From positions 4,706,554-4,770,553 of the forward strand of contig NW_024055498.1 of NCBI RefSeq assembly GCF_902713615.1: a stretch of DNA of 64,000 bases, read 5' to 3'. Below, one piece after another: positions 49,026 through 62,420 of this stretch (its first letter is position 1; each line of letters starts with the position of its first letter). Source of the DNA: Scyliorhinus canicula (taxonomy: Eukaryota). Under the pieces are notes generated by a model that searched no databases, was not told the origin of the DNA, and worked only from the letters and a program-made list of their open reading frames with translations. The translations under genes and the position numbers were made by a program.

Positions 49026-52000
49026 ATTTATTATTACTGGACTGGTAATCTGGAGGCCTGAACTATTACTTCAGAGACTCGAGTACAAATTCCACCAGGG
49101 CATATTGCAATGATGTGAGCAGTTTGGGTCTCCTTACCAAAGGGTAGATATTTTGGAGGTGGTGCAGAGAAGGTTCATTAGGTAAATCTCGGGTACGGAT
49201 GGATTTTCATAGGTAGCTGGAATTCAGAGGTTCTTCGGCCCATCGTTACTGCACCAGTCATCAAATAGAGAAGAACCAGGCCCTGGATAGTCTTGAAACA
49301 CAGATTTCTCGGTTTGCAGCGAAAAACGTTGACCAATTGCAGCACAGAGAGCTTCAGTAGGGAAGACCTACACGCATTGGAGTTTAGAAGAATGAGAGGC
49401 GAACTGACTGAGATATGTAGTATTTTCAAGGAGCTTGACAGTATGGATGCTCGAGGTTGTTTCTGCTTGTGGGTGAGTCTGGGATCGTAGGGCACCATCT
49501 CAGAGTAAGGTGTCGCTCATTTCAGACGTGGATAAAGAGGAATTTCGTCTCTCAGTGGGGAGTGATTCTATGGTGCAGAGATTTGGAGAGGCCGGGTCAA
49601 TAAATATGTCCAAGGCTGAGACAGACAGATTTTTCATTAGTAAGGGAATCAAGGGTTATGGGGATAAGGCGGAACAGTGGAGTTTAGGATCTTATCAGAT
49701 CAGCCACGATCTTATTGAACGGCAGATCATATTCCATGGGCCGAATGGCCACCTTCTCCTCCTACATCTTGTGGTTTGAAAATGAAAATCGTTTATTGTC
49801 ATGAATAGGCTTCAATGAAGTTACTGTGAAAAGCCCGTAGTCGCCACATTCCGGCGCCTGTGCGGGGAGGCTGGAACGGGAATCGAACCATGCTGCTGGC
49901 TTGGTCTGCTTTAGAAGCCAGCGATTTAACCCAGTGAGCTAAACCAGCACGTGGTTTTATGGCATCATTCATAATACTCATGAAGCTAGCGAAATTTTCC
50001 AAAGCCCAGCAGGTTCACCAATGTCCTTCAGGAGAAGAACTCTTCCCTCCTTACCCTATCTTTCCTCTATGTGACAAGTTCAGCAGTGATGTAGTTGACG
50101 CGTAACTATCTCTGATATTGCCGAGCAAGCAAGTCAGTTCAAGGTCTGCTGCCACAGAAAGTCAGATGTGAATTCAACCGTCCGAACTGCACCTTATCTA
50201 AAAGGTGGTTCACAGCCGGCTTTTCAGGATGGACAGTTAATGCTGACTGTGTCAGTGAGGGTCATATTCCGAGAATAAATGTTAAAAACTGTGCAAAGTG
50301 CTGCAGATTCCGGAAATCTAAAACAAAAACAAAAAGAGTCTGTTCAGCAGGCCTGTGGGCATCAGCTCAGAGAAAAAGAGATTCACATTTCAGGTGGATT
50401 ACCTCATTGACATAATGCTAAAGAGCAGAGTTGCTTTTCCCAGTATCCTCGACCAATGTCCGTTCTTGAACATAAATCACAGATTAGCTGGTCCATTATC
50501 ACATCTCAGTATGTGGGAGCTTGCTGTGCCAAAATTCTCTGCTCCTTTTCCAACATTACAGCAGTGACGAAATTCAGCTAAAATACATCAGTGAGTTTGA
50601 AGGGCTTTGGAGTGGCCTGAGGTCGGGTAGAGCGTTTTACAAAGGCAAGCTCTTTCCAAACGTTTACATTTTAAAATGCAGGTTGTAATATGTTGAAAGA
50701 TCTGAGATTAATGTGACTATGGGTCACTCCTCTGCCTGATGTTTTAATTTATCTCCTTTAAATTGGTCAATGTTTCAATTAAATTAATATTCAGTGGAAT
50801 AACAGCCTGGTTAAAGATGATTTATTAATTGAGGCATCAGAACTTTCAGAATTAATACTTAATTTAAAATTTTTTATTTTATTTGAATTAACTAACATCT
50901 GTTCTAATGGATGTTTCTATACGTTTCAACCAACTGTCAATATTCTTAAAATAAACCGCTATTTTGAGTTGAACCTAATCAATAAATGACTTTGTTTATC
51001 TCATTTTGTTGATACGCACACTTCATTGTGACCAGTGAGGTGTTTATGTAAATAAACACAGAAATAGAAGTCTCAGATTAGATTGTGGACTGACAAAAAC
51101 TCAACAACTATTTCCCCACCGACACAGCACAGAAATAGAGGCAAAGACGCAAATATATCAACGGATTCCAGTAATTATTGTTTTTGACATTTGTTTCTTC
51201 ATCAGTTATATGAGAAAAAGGTCATCATGATATCCATGTTCATAATTAGGAAAGATTCCCTCTAATCTCGAAATCTAATTACATGCGAAATGTGTTCGTA
51301 GAGTTTTCCAGTTTTCCTGTATGTGAGATCTGTCCCTTTTCCTTAACTGGTTCTGTCTCATGTCTCTCCACAATGGGTCATTGCCTTTAATCGACAACAT
51401 GAAGCCAACATGTGCCGAATATAATCTCTCAGCCCAATCTCACCCCATTGGCTTCCAACTAAATGGATCGAATCCAATGAATTGGAATACATAGAGGGGG
51501 TTTTACAATAAAATGTGGTTGGAGCATTCACTTACCTTGTAGTGTTTCATGAGAACTGTGGAGAAAAAAATACTCTGTATCTAACCTGAGCTGCACAGGG
51601 TGATGAGGATTTGATGCGGCAGTGCCGAGGATATTTCCCTCTTTCTAACCAGGCTAACAGAGATAGATAGTTTCTTGATTAATAAGGGATCAAGGGTTAT
51701 GGCGAGAAGGCAGGAGATAGGCTTTCAGAAAATAACACTCGTGATTGAATATGGAGCACACTCTATTGGCCTAATCGTCCAATTCTGCTCCAGTGTCTTA
51801 TAGTTTTATGGTAAGAAGACCATCTATGGACTATGTTAGAATAGATAGGTACTTCATTGCCATCGCAAATATGGTCGGTGAAGGGCATCTTTCTGTATTG
51901 TAGACTGCTAAGTCTCCATGACTCTATGACAAAGTCCAAAACGATTATCACTCATATAGGGCGGAGATTAACCTAAACTAATGTAATAATATTTTTGTCA

Positions 52001-53870
52001 CAAGTAAGCTGACATTAGCACTGCAATGAAGTCACTGTGAAAAAGATTCCAGTCGCCACATTCCGCCGCCTGTTTGGGTACACAGACGGAGAATTCAGAA
52101 TGTCCAAATTACAGAACTGCACATCTTTCAGGACTTGTGGGAGGAAACCGGAGCACCCGATGGAAACCCCCACAGACACGGGGAGAACGTGCCGACTCCG
52201 CACTGACTGGGACTCTGGCGCTATGAAGCAACAGTGCTACTGAGATTGAATATAGTGCAGTGATTACTGATGCAAGGTCTCAACTGGCATAAACCGAAAC
52301 AGGTTCTAGTGCAGAAATTACTGATACAAAGGTTGATTGCCCTTAAATGATATAGAGCACTGATTATTCATTCAGGGTCTGGAATATTATAAACTGAGGT
52401 AGGGTCTCTTGCAGTCATTCCTGCTGCAGGGTCTGGATTAATATATGTGTAAAGACTTATTAGGACAATGATTAAAAACTTGGTCGACGAGGCAGGTTAT
52501 ATTGGATGATTTTATTAAGGGAATTGAGGTAAAGAGGAGTGGGGAATGAATACCAGAGCTTAGGGCCGAGACGCATGAAGACATCGCAAAGCAAAACAAT
52601 TAATTCTGAACATAACATAACGTCTTGATAAATTACAGTTGCAAAACTCCAGAACAATATTTTATATGCACAACTGCGTGAACGGCCAATCCCTTTTTGA
52701 AGTGAATTCACTTGCTGTTCTTAACCAGATGAGAGTTCTATGATTGTGTGGACATTTATCCTGTGGGAGCCATTCTAGTGATTCTGTGAGAGCACTGATC
52801 TGCCTCACACTGCCAGTATATTAGGCGTTTAGTGAATATAAAACGAGGCAGAAAAAAAATCCTCACCATGAAAACCAGTTTCCAATGGATAGAGTATAAT
52901 ACAAGAGTAAATTCATCATTTTGAACATAACAGAGGTTTCCATTAACTTTTGGAAAATGCTGTGCAGCGATGTTCACGTCTAGACCTGTCCCTGAAGCCC
53001 AGTTCATTACTGGGACAGTGGTAAAATATTAAACTCAATATTACCCACATGATAGCAGAGCAAATACAAATTTCATAGAACTACTTATAGGTATTAACAA
53101 GAATTAATATAATCTCCAAATCAACAATGATTGTACTCGTACAAACAAGCAAATATATACAATCATTTAGAATATCGTGACAGGCAACAGGAATATGGTC
53201 CAGTAAAATATAAACAGAAACTGACCCTGGTGTGCTATTTTTGGAATAACTGATATTTTATATGGAGCCTGTGGAATTCCCTATCACCATTGCCATCGTG
53301 TCAGAATAGGACCTAAGACTAGTAAAAGACCAGCCTCTGAAAATTAAATTGACCCATGTAAGACTGGACCCATAGTTTGAACTTTAGATTCACCGAGCAA
53401 TATTTCAGAATGTCAAAATGCAAACCATGATGATTCTCTCTGTGGAATCACTATCACCTCCCACAACAGATACCTCCGCACATGATCCAATTGTTCCATC
53501 TTTTCGATGGGAGGATATTACAGTCTTCGGGATAGTCTCGCAATATTATTACAAAACTGGTAATCTGGAGGCCTGAACCAATACTCCAGACACAGGAGTA
53601 CAAATTCCACCAGGTCATATTGTAATGTTGTGAACAGTTTTGGTCTCCTTATGTAAGGAAAGATATTTTGGAGGCAGTCCAGAGAAGGTTCTTTAGGTAA
53701 ATCCAGAGTGTGGAGGGACTTTCAAAGGTAGGTAGCATTTCACAGCACAGAAGGAGTCTCCTCGGCCCATCGTTACTCTACCTGTCAGCAAATAAAGAAG
53801 AATCCGGCCTTGAAACGCAGACCTTGCGGTAAACAGCCAAACACGCTGACCAATTGCACCACAGAGACTG

Positions 53871-54068
53871 TGGCAATGATGTGGAAATGCCGGCGTTGGA
53901 CTGGGGTGAGCACAGTAAGAAGTCTTACAACACCAGGTTAAAGTCCAACAGGTTTGTTTCAAACATTAGCTTTCGAAGCACTGCTCCCGATGGAGCAGTG
54001 CTCCGAAAGCTAGTGTTTGAAACAAACCTGTTGGTCTTTAACCTGGTGTTGTAAGACTTCTTACTGTG
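53871..54068. mobile_element. 198-bp Penelope-derived palindromic insertion, 13-bp TSD
   Basis: 77-bp inverted arms (53911-53987 and 53992-54068) around a CGAT loop. ACCACAGAGACTG occurs at 53858-53870 and 54069-54081. Confidence 0.9.
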
Positions 54069-57000
54069 ACCACAGAGACTGAAATGGGGAGAGCTTAAGT
54101 CGGTTAGGCCTTCACGAATTGGAGCTTAGAAGAATGAGAGGCGATGTTACTGAGATATATAGTATTCTCAGGGGGCTTGACAATGTAGATGTTCGAGGTT
54201 GTTTCCGCTTTTGGGAGAGTCTGGGACCGTAGGACACAATCTCAGTGTAAGGTGCCACTCATTTCAGACGAGGATGAAGAGGAATTTCTTCTCTCAGAGT
54301 GTAGTGCTTCTATAGAATTATTTGCCGTAGAGCGTTCGCCTGGTCAATAAATATGTTCAAGGCTGAGACAGATATTTTTCATCAGTAAGGGAATCAAGGG
54401 TTATGGGAATAAAGTGGAACTGTGGAGTTGAGGATTTTACCAGATTTGCCACCATCTCATTGAATGGCAGATCAGATTCCATGGGCCGAATGGCCAAGTT
54501 CTGCTCCAAATCCTATGGGGTTTTTGCAGCTGTAGAGACTTTCAATTGAATGGCTTAATCAATCAACCAAAAATCATCGCGTTGTTTATACTTCCGAAGA
54601 AATGGAAATTTCACGCGAAGCCCAGCAGGTTCACCAGCGTCCTTCAGAAGAAAGCTTCCCTCCTTACTCTCTCTGGCCTATATGTGTCTCTATTTCAACA
54701 ATGATGTGGTTGACTATTAACTATCTCTGATATTGCCGAGCAAGCAAGTCAGTTGAAGGGAAGATGCTACAGAAAGTCAAATGTGAATAAAATTGCTCGA
54801 AGTGCACCTCATCAAAAAGATGGTTCACATCCGGCTTCTCAGGATGGATAGTTAATGTTGACTTTGTCACTGATGGCTACATGGCGAGAATGAATCCAAA
54901 ACTGCGCAAAGTGCTGCAGATTCTGGAAATCTAAAACAAAAACAACAAAAAAGACTGCGGAGAAGGCCAGTGGGCATCAGCAGAGAGAGAAACAGATTCA
55001 CATTTCAGATGGATTACCTCACTGATATAATTCTAAGGGCAGAGCTGCTTTTCCCAGTATGTTGGACCAATGTCCGTTCTTCATCTAAAATCACAAATTA
55101 GCTGGTCACTTATCACATCTCAGTTTGTGGGAGCTTGCTGTGCGCAAATTCCCTGCTCTGTTTCCAACATTACAGCAGAGACTAAATTCAGCAAAAAAAT
55201 ATCAGTGAGTTTTAAGGGCGTTGAGGTGACCTGAGGTCGCGTAAAGTGTTTTACAAAAGCAAGCTCTTTTCAAATGTTAATATTTTTTAAATGCTGGTTG
55301 TAATATGTTGAAAGATCTGAGATTGATGTGACTATAGATCACTCCTCTGCTTGATGTTTTAATCTATCTACTTTAAATAGGTTAATATTTCAATCAAATT
55401 AACGTTCAGTGGAAAAGTAGCTGGTTAAAGATGCTTTATTAATTGAGGCATCAGAACTTTCAGAATGAATTCTTAATTTAAAGTATTTTTTATTTCAATT
55501 AAGTAACATCTGTTCTAATGGAAGTTTCTATTCATTTTAACTAACTGTCAATATTCTTAAAATAAACCGCTATTTTGAGTTAAAACTAATCAATAAGAGA
55601 CTGTGTTTATCTAATTTTGCTGACATGAACACTTCATTGTGACCAGTGAGGTGTTTGTGTAAATAGACACAGAAATAGAAGATCTAGATTAGATTGCGGA
55701 CTGAGAAAAGCAAAACAAATGTTTCCCCACCAACACCGCACAGAAATAGAGCAAATGATGCAAATAGATCAACGGATTCCAGTAGTGTTTGTTTTTCGAC
55801 ATTTTTTTAATTCATCAGTTATATGAGAAAAATGTCATGATGATATCCATGTTCATAATTAGGAAATATTCCCTTTAATCTCTAAATATAAGGGCATGCC
55901 AAGTGTGTTAGTAGAAATGTCCTGTATCCTATCTCTCTTTGTGTCTTTCTCATAACTGGTTCTATCTCATGTCTCTCCACGATGGGTCATTGTCTTTAAT
56001 CGACATGTGGCCAACACTAATAACAATTTTACAGTGAAAAGCCCCGAGTCGCCACAGTCCGGCGCCTGTTCAGGTGAGCTGGAACGGGAATTGAACCCGG
56101 GCTGCTGGGCATGTTCTGCATCACAAACCAGCTGTCTAGCCCACTGAGCCAAACCAGCCCTCTCAGCCCGAACTCACCCCGTTGGCTTCCAACTAAATGC
56201 ATCGAATCCAATGTATTGGAATCCGTCGAGGGAATTTTACGCTAAAATGAGGTTGGAGCATTCAATGGTCTTGGAGTGTTTAATGAGAACTGTAGAGACA
56301 AGTTTCCTCTATATCTGATCTGGGCTGCACATGGTGGTTGAGGATTTGATGTGGCAGGATCGAAGAATCTTTCCTTGCACTTAATCCAGCTGCCGAGACC
56401 TTGGAGCATTTGACTGAAGAGTGTAGAGCAAGTTTACTTGCATGTAACCTGCACTGAACCTGACTGACTGTGCACAGGGAGATTTACTCCGTATCTGAAC
56501 TGTGCTGCACCTGACCTGGGTGGGTTTGATGGGAAAATGCAGAGGTTTCTTTACCCAGTAACTAACCCCACTGTCAACCTGTCTTGGGGATCTCTGAAGG
56601 AAGAGCGCAGAAGAGGTTTTGCCTGGTATAGAACTCTTGGTTTCTAGGCCTTTAATGTGTTTGAGCGAGAGGGAATTTAATTCTATATCTAAACAAACTG
56701 CAGCTGCTCTGAGAATGTTTGATGGGGACAGTGTGAGGGAGTTTCTCTTTGTCTCCAACCTGTGATTCACCTGGCCTGCGAGTGTTTGAAGGGACAGTCG
56801 TCCCTGGCTCTGTATTGCACCAGGCTGTGAGCCCGTCTCTGTTTATATTATACTACCTTGTGCCTGTGTCAGTTTATATTAAATAAGGACCTATTTCTCT
56901 TTGTTCATATTAAACTAGGCCACCAATTAGAGGACATGTCTTGATCAATAAGGCGTTCAGGAGTTATTGGGAGAAGGGAGGAGAATGGGGATTAGGAACA

Positions 57001-58879
57001 TATTGGCAATGATTGAATGGGGGAGCAATCGCGATGAGTCGAATGGCCTAATTCCGCTCCTTCATCTTTTGGACTGAGGGACCCTGTTTGTCTCTCTTTA
57101 CATTAACCTACAACCTGACTCTGTTTCTATTAATTTAAACCTGTCTCTGTTTGTATTACATTAGATACAGCCTCAGTTCTGCACTGGGCATGTCTCTTCA
57201 TATTACATTGGACCCAGCCTCGGTAATTGCTGCGGTAGACCATGTACAATGTTTTGGAAAATGGCTGAAGTGGAAATTGTGAAGATTAAAAAAACTGAGG
57301 GAACAGTGACAGTCTAAAATTCATTAGCGAGCAATGCTGATCTATGCCCAGATAAACGTCATAATCTGTCTTGTCACCACCCTAGATGTGTGGACATACA
57401 AGCGCAGATCTCCCTGATCTTCTTGCAGCCACTTCAACTTGCACAACTGAACTACTATTGCCTGGGCCTAATGCAATAAACTAAGGGAATGGAATAGTTG
57501 TAATTGTGTCACATAAACATAGGACAATGAGATAAATAACTGAGACAGAAGCTAATGTTACAGCAACATTCATTCTCTTCACAGCAGGCATGCAGTAGCT
57601 GCATTGTGTAACATCACAGGGATGCACTGCAGAAACTCGCCAAGATTTCTTCAACAGCGTCTTCATACCCGAGACCTCCGAGAATCACAAGGGCAACAAG
57701 CACATGGGAACACAATACTCTGCATCCTCCTACACATCCAACTCTCTGGGGTAGGAATTGGTCTTGGACACTGGCAACGAAGAAATGCCAACTGAAATCT
57801 AATTCTGTTGACTGCACTGAAAATGAATATCAAATGTTGCATAGCACACACTGTATACACTATACATCCCGTTTCAGGCTGTTGCCATATACTGATTTCT
57901 TGTTCAAAATATCTATTTATTATATTATCTTTCCATCTCAAAGACATGTGGAATAATACGCCCACAATTCAAAACAGAGGCATCATCCGGTGCATTAATA
58001 AAAGTGAGCAGGTCTCGAAAAAAAATAGGCAGATTCAGGATCAAATATAGAATCCCTACAGGGCAGAACGTCACTCGGCCCATAGCATCTGCCCCGACCT
58101 TTAAAAGAACACCTTCCCCAATCTCCTGCCCTTGCAACATGACCTGCGCATCCCTGGACACTAAGGGGCAATTTCGAATGGCCAATAAACCTAACCTACA
58201 TATTTTTGGATTATGGGAGGAAACAGGAGGAAAGCCACTCAGACACAGGGAGAAAGTGCAAACTCCACACGGATCGTCAAGAATTGAACCCTGGAGCTAT
58301 GAGGCAGCAGTGCTAACCACTATGCCTCCGTGCCGCCGATAACATAATAAAAAACTGGGTCTAGTGCAATATAAGCTGAGTTCTGGTCTAGCGGAGTGTC
58401 GATTGATACAAATTGAGACATGATCAATGCAGCAATAAGAGGGATATCGTACAACACAAGAATAACAGGCGCATGGATTAGTGTTATATAAACAGGGACA
58501 TGGACAGGTGTAGAATTAACTAAAGCAACATTGAGTTTATTAGAATCTAACTATCTTGTCGAGTAATAACTGAGACCGAACCACGTGATGCAAACAGAAT
58601 GTTGTTCCAGTTTACGATGCACAGATAAACGTTCTGATGCTGTAACCATTGTGACGTGTTTCGTGCCAGACGAACCGAGATATGATTCAGTGCAGTTATT
58701 ATTAATGATTTCTAATAGAAACAGGGCGTGGGCCTGTATATTAACAACTGATATTCAGCCGAGTGCAGGAAAACTGAGACAGGGCCTGCTGCAATGAGAT
58801 AGAGACAAGGCGAGTGTAATGTAAACAGAGGCCGGGGCTAGGTGAATGTAAGCTGACAGATATTTTAAAAATGATTTAA

Positions 58880-61016
58880 TGGCATCTTGGTGTCACCGGT
58901 AACGTCAGCAGTTGATGCCAATTCCTAATTGCCCTTGGGAATGTGGTGTTGAGCCCGCTTATTGAACCATTGCATTCCATTCTGAGCAAGTCCACTCACA
59001 GAGCTGATAGGAAGGGAGTTCCAGGATTTTGACCAGTGACAGTGAAGGAACAGAGATATAGTTCCCATCTTCTGCACTGTAAATTCTGTGATATCTCTGA
59101 AGATGGTGTGAGGCTTGTCGGGGAACTTGCAGGTCCTGCTGTTATAATGCGTCTGTCGGGTCTGGTCCTTTTAAATGTCAGAGTTCGTGGGTTTGGAAGG
59201 TGGTATAGAAGGAGGCAGTTGCTGCAGCAGATCCTTGCATATCGCTCACGCTGCTAGAATTGTCCATACGTAATGCAGGGAGTGAATGTTTCAGCTGGTG
59301 GATGGGGTGTTCCTGGAGTCGGCCGCTTTGTCCTGGATGGCGTTGAGATTCTCGAGTGTTGCTTGAGGGGCGCACTTCAGACAAATGGAGAATATTCAGT
59401 TAAACTCCTGACTTCTGCCTTCTAGATGGTGAGTAGGGGTTGAGAAGTCAGGAGGTGAGTATCTCACCGTAAAATTTCCAGCCACTGATCTTCTCTTGTA
59501 GCCACATTATTTAAATGGTTCTTCCAGTTCAGTTTTTCATCAATGCGAATGATGGTGGGGGATTCAATCAAGATCGTGTCACTAAAATCAAGGGGAGTTG
59601 GTTAACACCTCTATTTTTGGGGTGGTCATTGCCTGACACTTGTCAGCCGAAGCCTGAATGTTGTCCAAGTCTTACTGTATATGAAGACAGACTGCTTCAG
59701 TATTTGAGGAATCGAATATGGTGCAGAACATTGGGTAATCATCAATGAACATCCCCACTTCTGACCTTATGATGAAGGTCCGGGGCCGGGGGCACTATGC
59801 TAGGATACTATACGTGACAGGATGCTCCTTGACACTTCTCATGAAGTTGCTGATGATCAAATGCGGACTGATAGGCCAATAATTGGCCGGGTTGGATTTT
59901 TCCTGCCTTATGTGGACGGGTCATGTTTGGCAATGTTACACATTGTTGGGTACATGTCAGTGCTATACCTGCACTGGAGCAACTTGTCTGGGGCGCAGCC
60001 AGTTCCAGGCCACACATCTTCAGTATTGTTGCTGGAATGTTGCCAGGGATAATGCATTAGCAGCGCCGTCAGCCGTTTCTTGATATCGTGTGGAGTGAAT
60101 CAAATTTGCTGAAGACTGACATCCATGATGATGCAGACCACCGGAGGAGGCCGAGATGGATCATCCTCTCGGCACCTCTGGCAGAAACTTTCAGTCTTGT
60201 TTTTTGCACTGACGTGCTGGGCTCCCGCATCATTGAAGAGGGGAATTTTATTGGGGCTCCTATTCCGCCTTTTGTTTATTTATTCATTACTATTCAGGAC
60301 TGGATGTGTCAAAACTGCAGAGACAGATCCTGTATATTGAAAATAGGATCACATTGATTGTGTGATATAAACATTGACAAGTACCGGTGCAGTATTAATT
60401 GAAGCAGAGTGTCCTGTATTATAAACAAAGTCAGAGTCTAGTCTAACAAAAATACAGATGGAGTCCAATTTAAAATTAACAGAGACAGTGATCAGTGCAG
60501 TAATTATTGAGTTAATGTCTGCTTCATGTAATGCAAGGCATCTCGATTTAAATTCCGTCTGCTGGCCAAACTTTGCAATTGCAGTTGCTGTGAAAATGTT
60601 GCTGTCAGATATAATCCATGATGTTGATGTATCCATTATCCATTTCCACAAATGTAATATCATACGTAATATTCTACGGGAGGTGCCAAAATTTAAGGTG
60701 TAACTAATTTCAGGTGTCGGTGGCTGATTCTCCCACATTGAGATCAGCACCAGAGCAAAGCGGCTCAATTCCTGGTCATGCACTTTTGTTCATCTTTGTT
60801 AAACAGAGGAATGTTTGCCTGGGCGCTGTATGGAGTCCATGGGAAATGTAACATTCATCTCACAACCATAGTGTTGGGGAGAGTTTATTGATTGATTATA
60901 CCACCTGCAAACTGGTTGGGGCCATTGTGTCCGAAGCTTCCCAGGAAGTTAACATGGGATTTTAATTTTAAAGGGGAAATGTGTGTGTGCGTGTAAGACA
61001 GAGTGCGTGCGTGGGA

Positions 61017-61048
<32 letters not shown>

Positions 61049-62420
61049 CTGTATTTGTGTGAAACACATGTTGCGTACAAATTTCACAAAGGCCACGGCA
61101 TCCTTCTATTTCCAATAGATACACAGCAAATATTACCACAAATGTTGCACACGAAGCGCCCAATTGTTCTGGGTTGTCGTTTTCTCGGTTTTTGTCTATT
61201 TCAAAGCTGCTAAATCCACTGGTCCTGGTGGTTCACACCAGCCCACCGACAGTGTCGAATGTTTATTGAAATTGATGAAAGGAAGGTGAAGAGGTAGACA
61301 TGTGGCAGAGGGAGCAGATCATGTCCAGAGTAAATCTTGCGACACAAACACAGCCCCTTACTTCCAGCAACATTCGGCCTGCAAGCAGATGAAGTGTTTA
61401 AAGTGTGAAGCCAGCAAAGGCCTTCCCAGTGCTGCTGAGTGAGCTGTCAATAGTTGTTGCACTTCTCTCTGTCCACTTTGTTTTCCGATATTGATTATGA
61501 TTGTACATCATGAATCTCGTGTGGGATGGCTTATGCCTTCTAGCAGAGAAGGCGGACGCCATAAATGTTCAGAAACATACAAATTAAATTCACCAATTTT
61601 CATTAATTTATGAATATAAACGATTAGATTCACCAATTGCCATCGTTCCACAAAGTCCTGTTTTAAATGAAGTTATACGGTGTGGGCATCGAGGGCTAGG
61701 CTGTGATTTAGTTGTCCATCGCTAATTGCCTTTCACAAAGAGGCGGTGAAATGCATGCTTGAAACTCTGCAGTCACTCTGGTGTAGGTACATCGACGATG
61801 CTGTTAGGGAGAGAGTTCTAGGCTTTTGAACCAGCGCCAGCGAAGATTCGGTGATATATTTCCAAGTTAGGATAGTGAATGATTTGGAGGGGAATTTGCA
61901 GGTGGTGATCTTACCATGTATCAGCTGACTTTTCCTTCTAGAAGGATATGGTCCTGGGTTCAGAAGGTGTTTCGAAAGGAGATTTGCTGCGTTCCTGCAG
62001 TGCATCTTGTGGATGGTACATTATTGCCATTATTCGCCGGAGGTGGATGGAATGAGTGTTTGCACACGGGGTGACAATAAAGCTTCTTTAGCCTGGATGA
62101 TGTCGAGCTTCTTGAATTTTGTTGGAGCTGCACCCAGTCAGGCACCTGGAGAGTATTCAATTACACTCCTGGCTTATGCTTTGTAGATGGTGAACATGCG
62201 TTGGGAGTCAGGAGGTGAGTTGCTCACCGCAGACTTCCTAGACGTTGATCGGATCTTGTATCCTCAGCATTTATATGGTCAGTCCAGTACAGTTTCTGGT
62301 CAATGATAACCCCAGTGTATTGATCGTGAGGAATTCAGCGATAGCAATATCAGTGAATGTCAAGGAGCAATGGTTAGATTTTATTTTGCTGGAAATGGCC
62401 ATTGTTTAGCAATTCCGTGG
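58880..62420 (-). mobile_element. Decayed CR1/L2-clade LINE fragments (58880-60330, 61670-62420)
   Basis: Mutually similar to each other and to 29440-30020. No intact ORF. Confidence 0.6.

Larger units (their letters stand above)
46250..56990 (+). repeat. Diverged ~5.3-5.4-kb tandem duplication (unit A ~46250-51660, unit B ~51660-56990)
   Basis: Colinear paralogous blocks: 46380-47050 vs 51800-52800, 48000-48600 vs 53230-53520, 49030-51550 vs 53530-56300. Confidence 0.85.
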
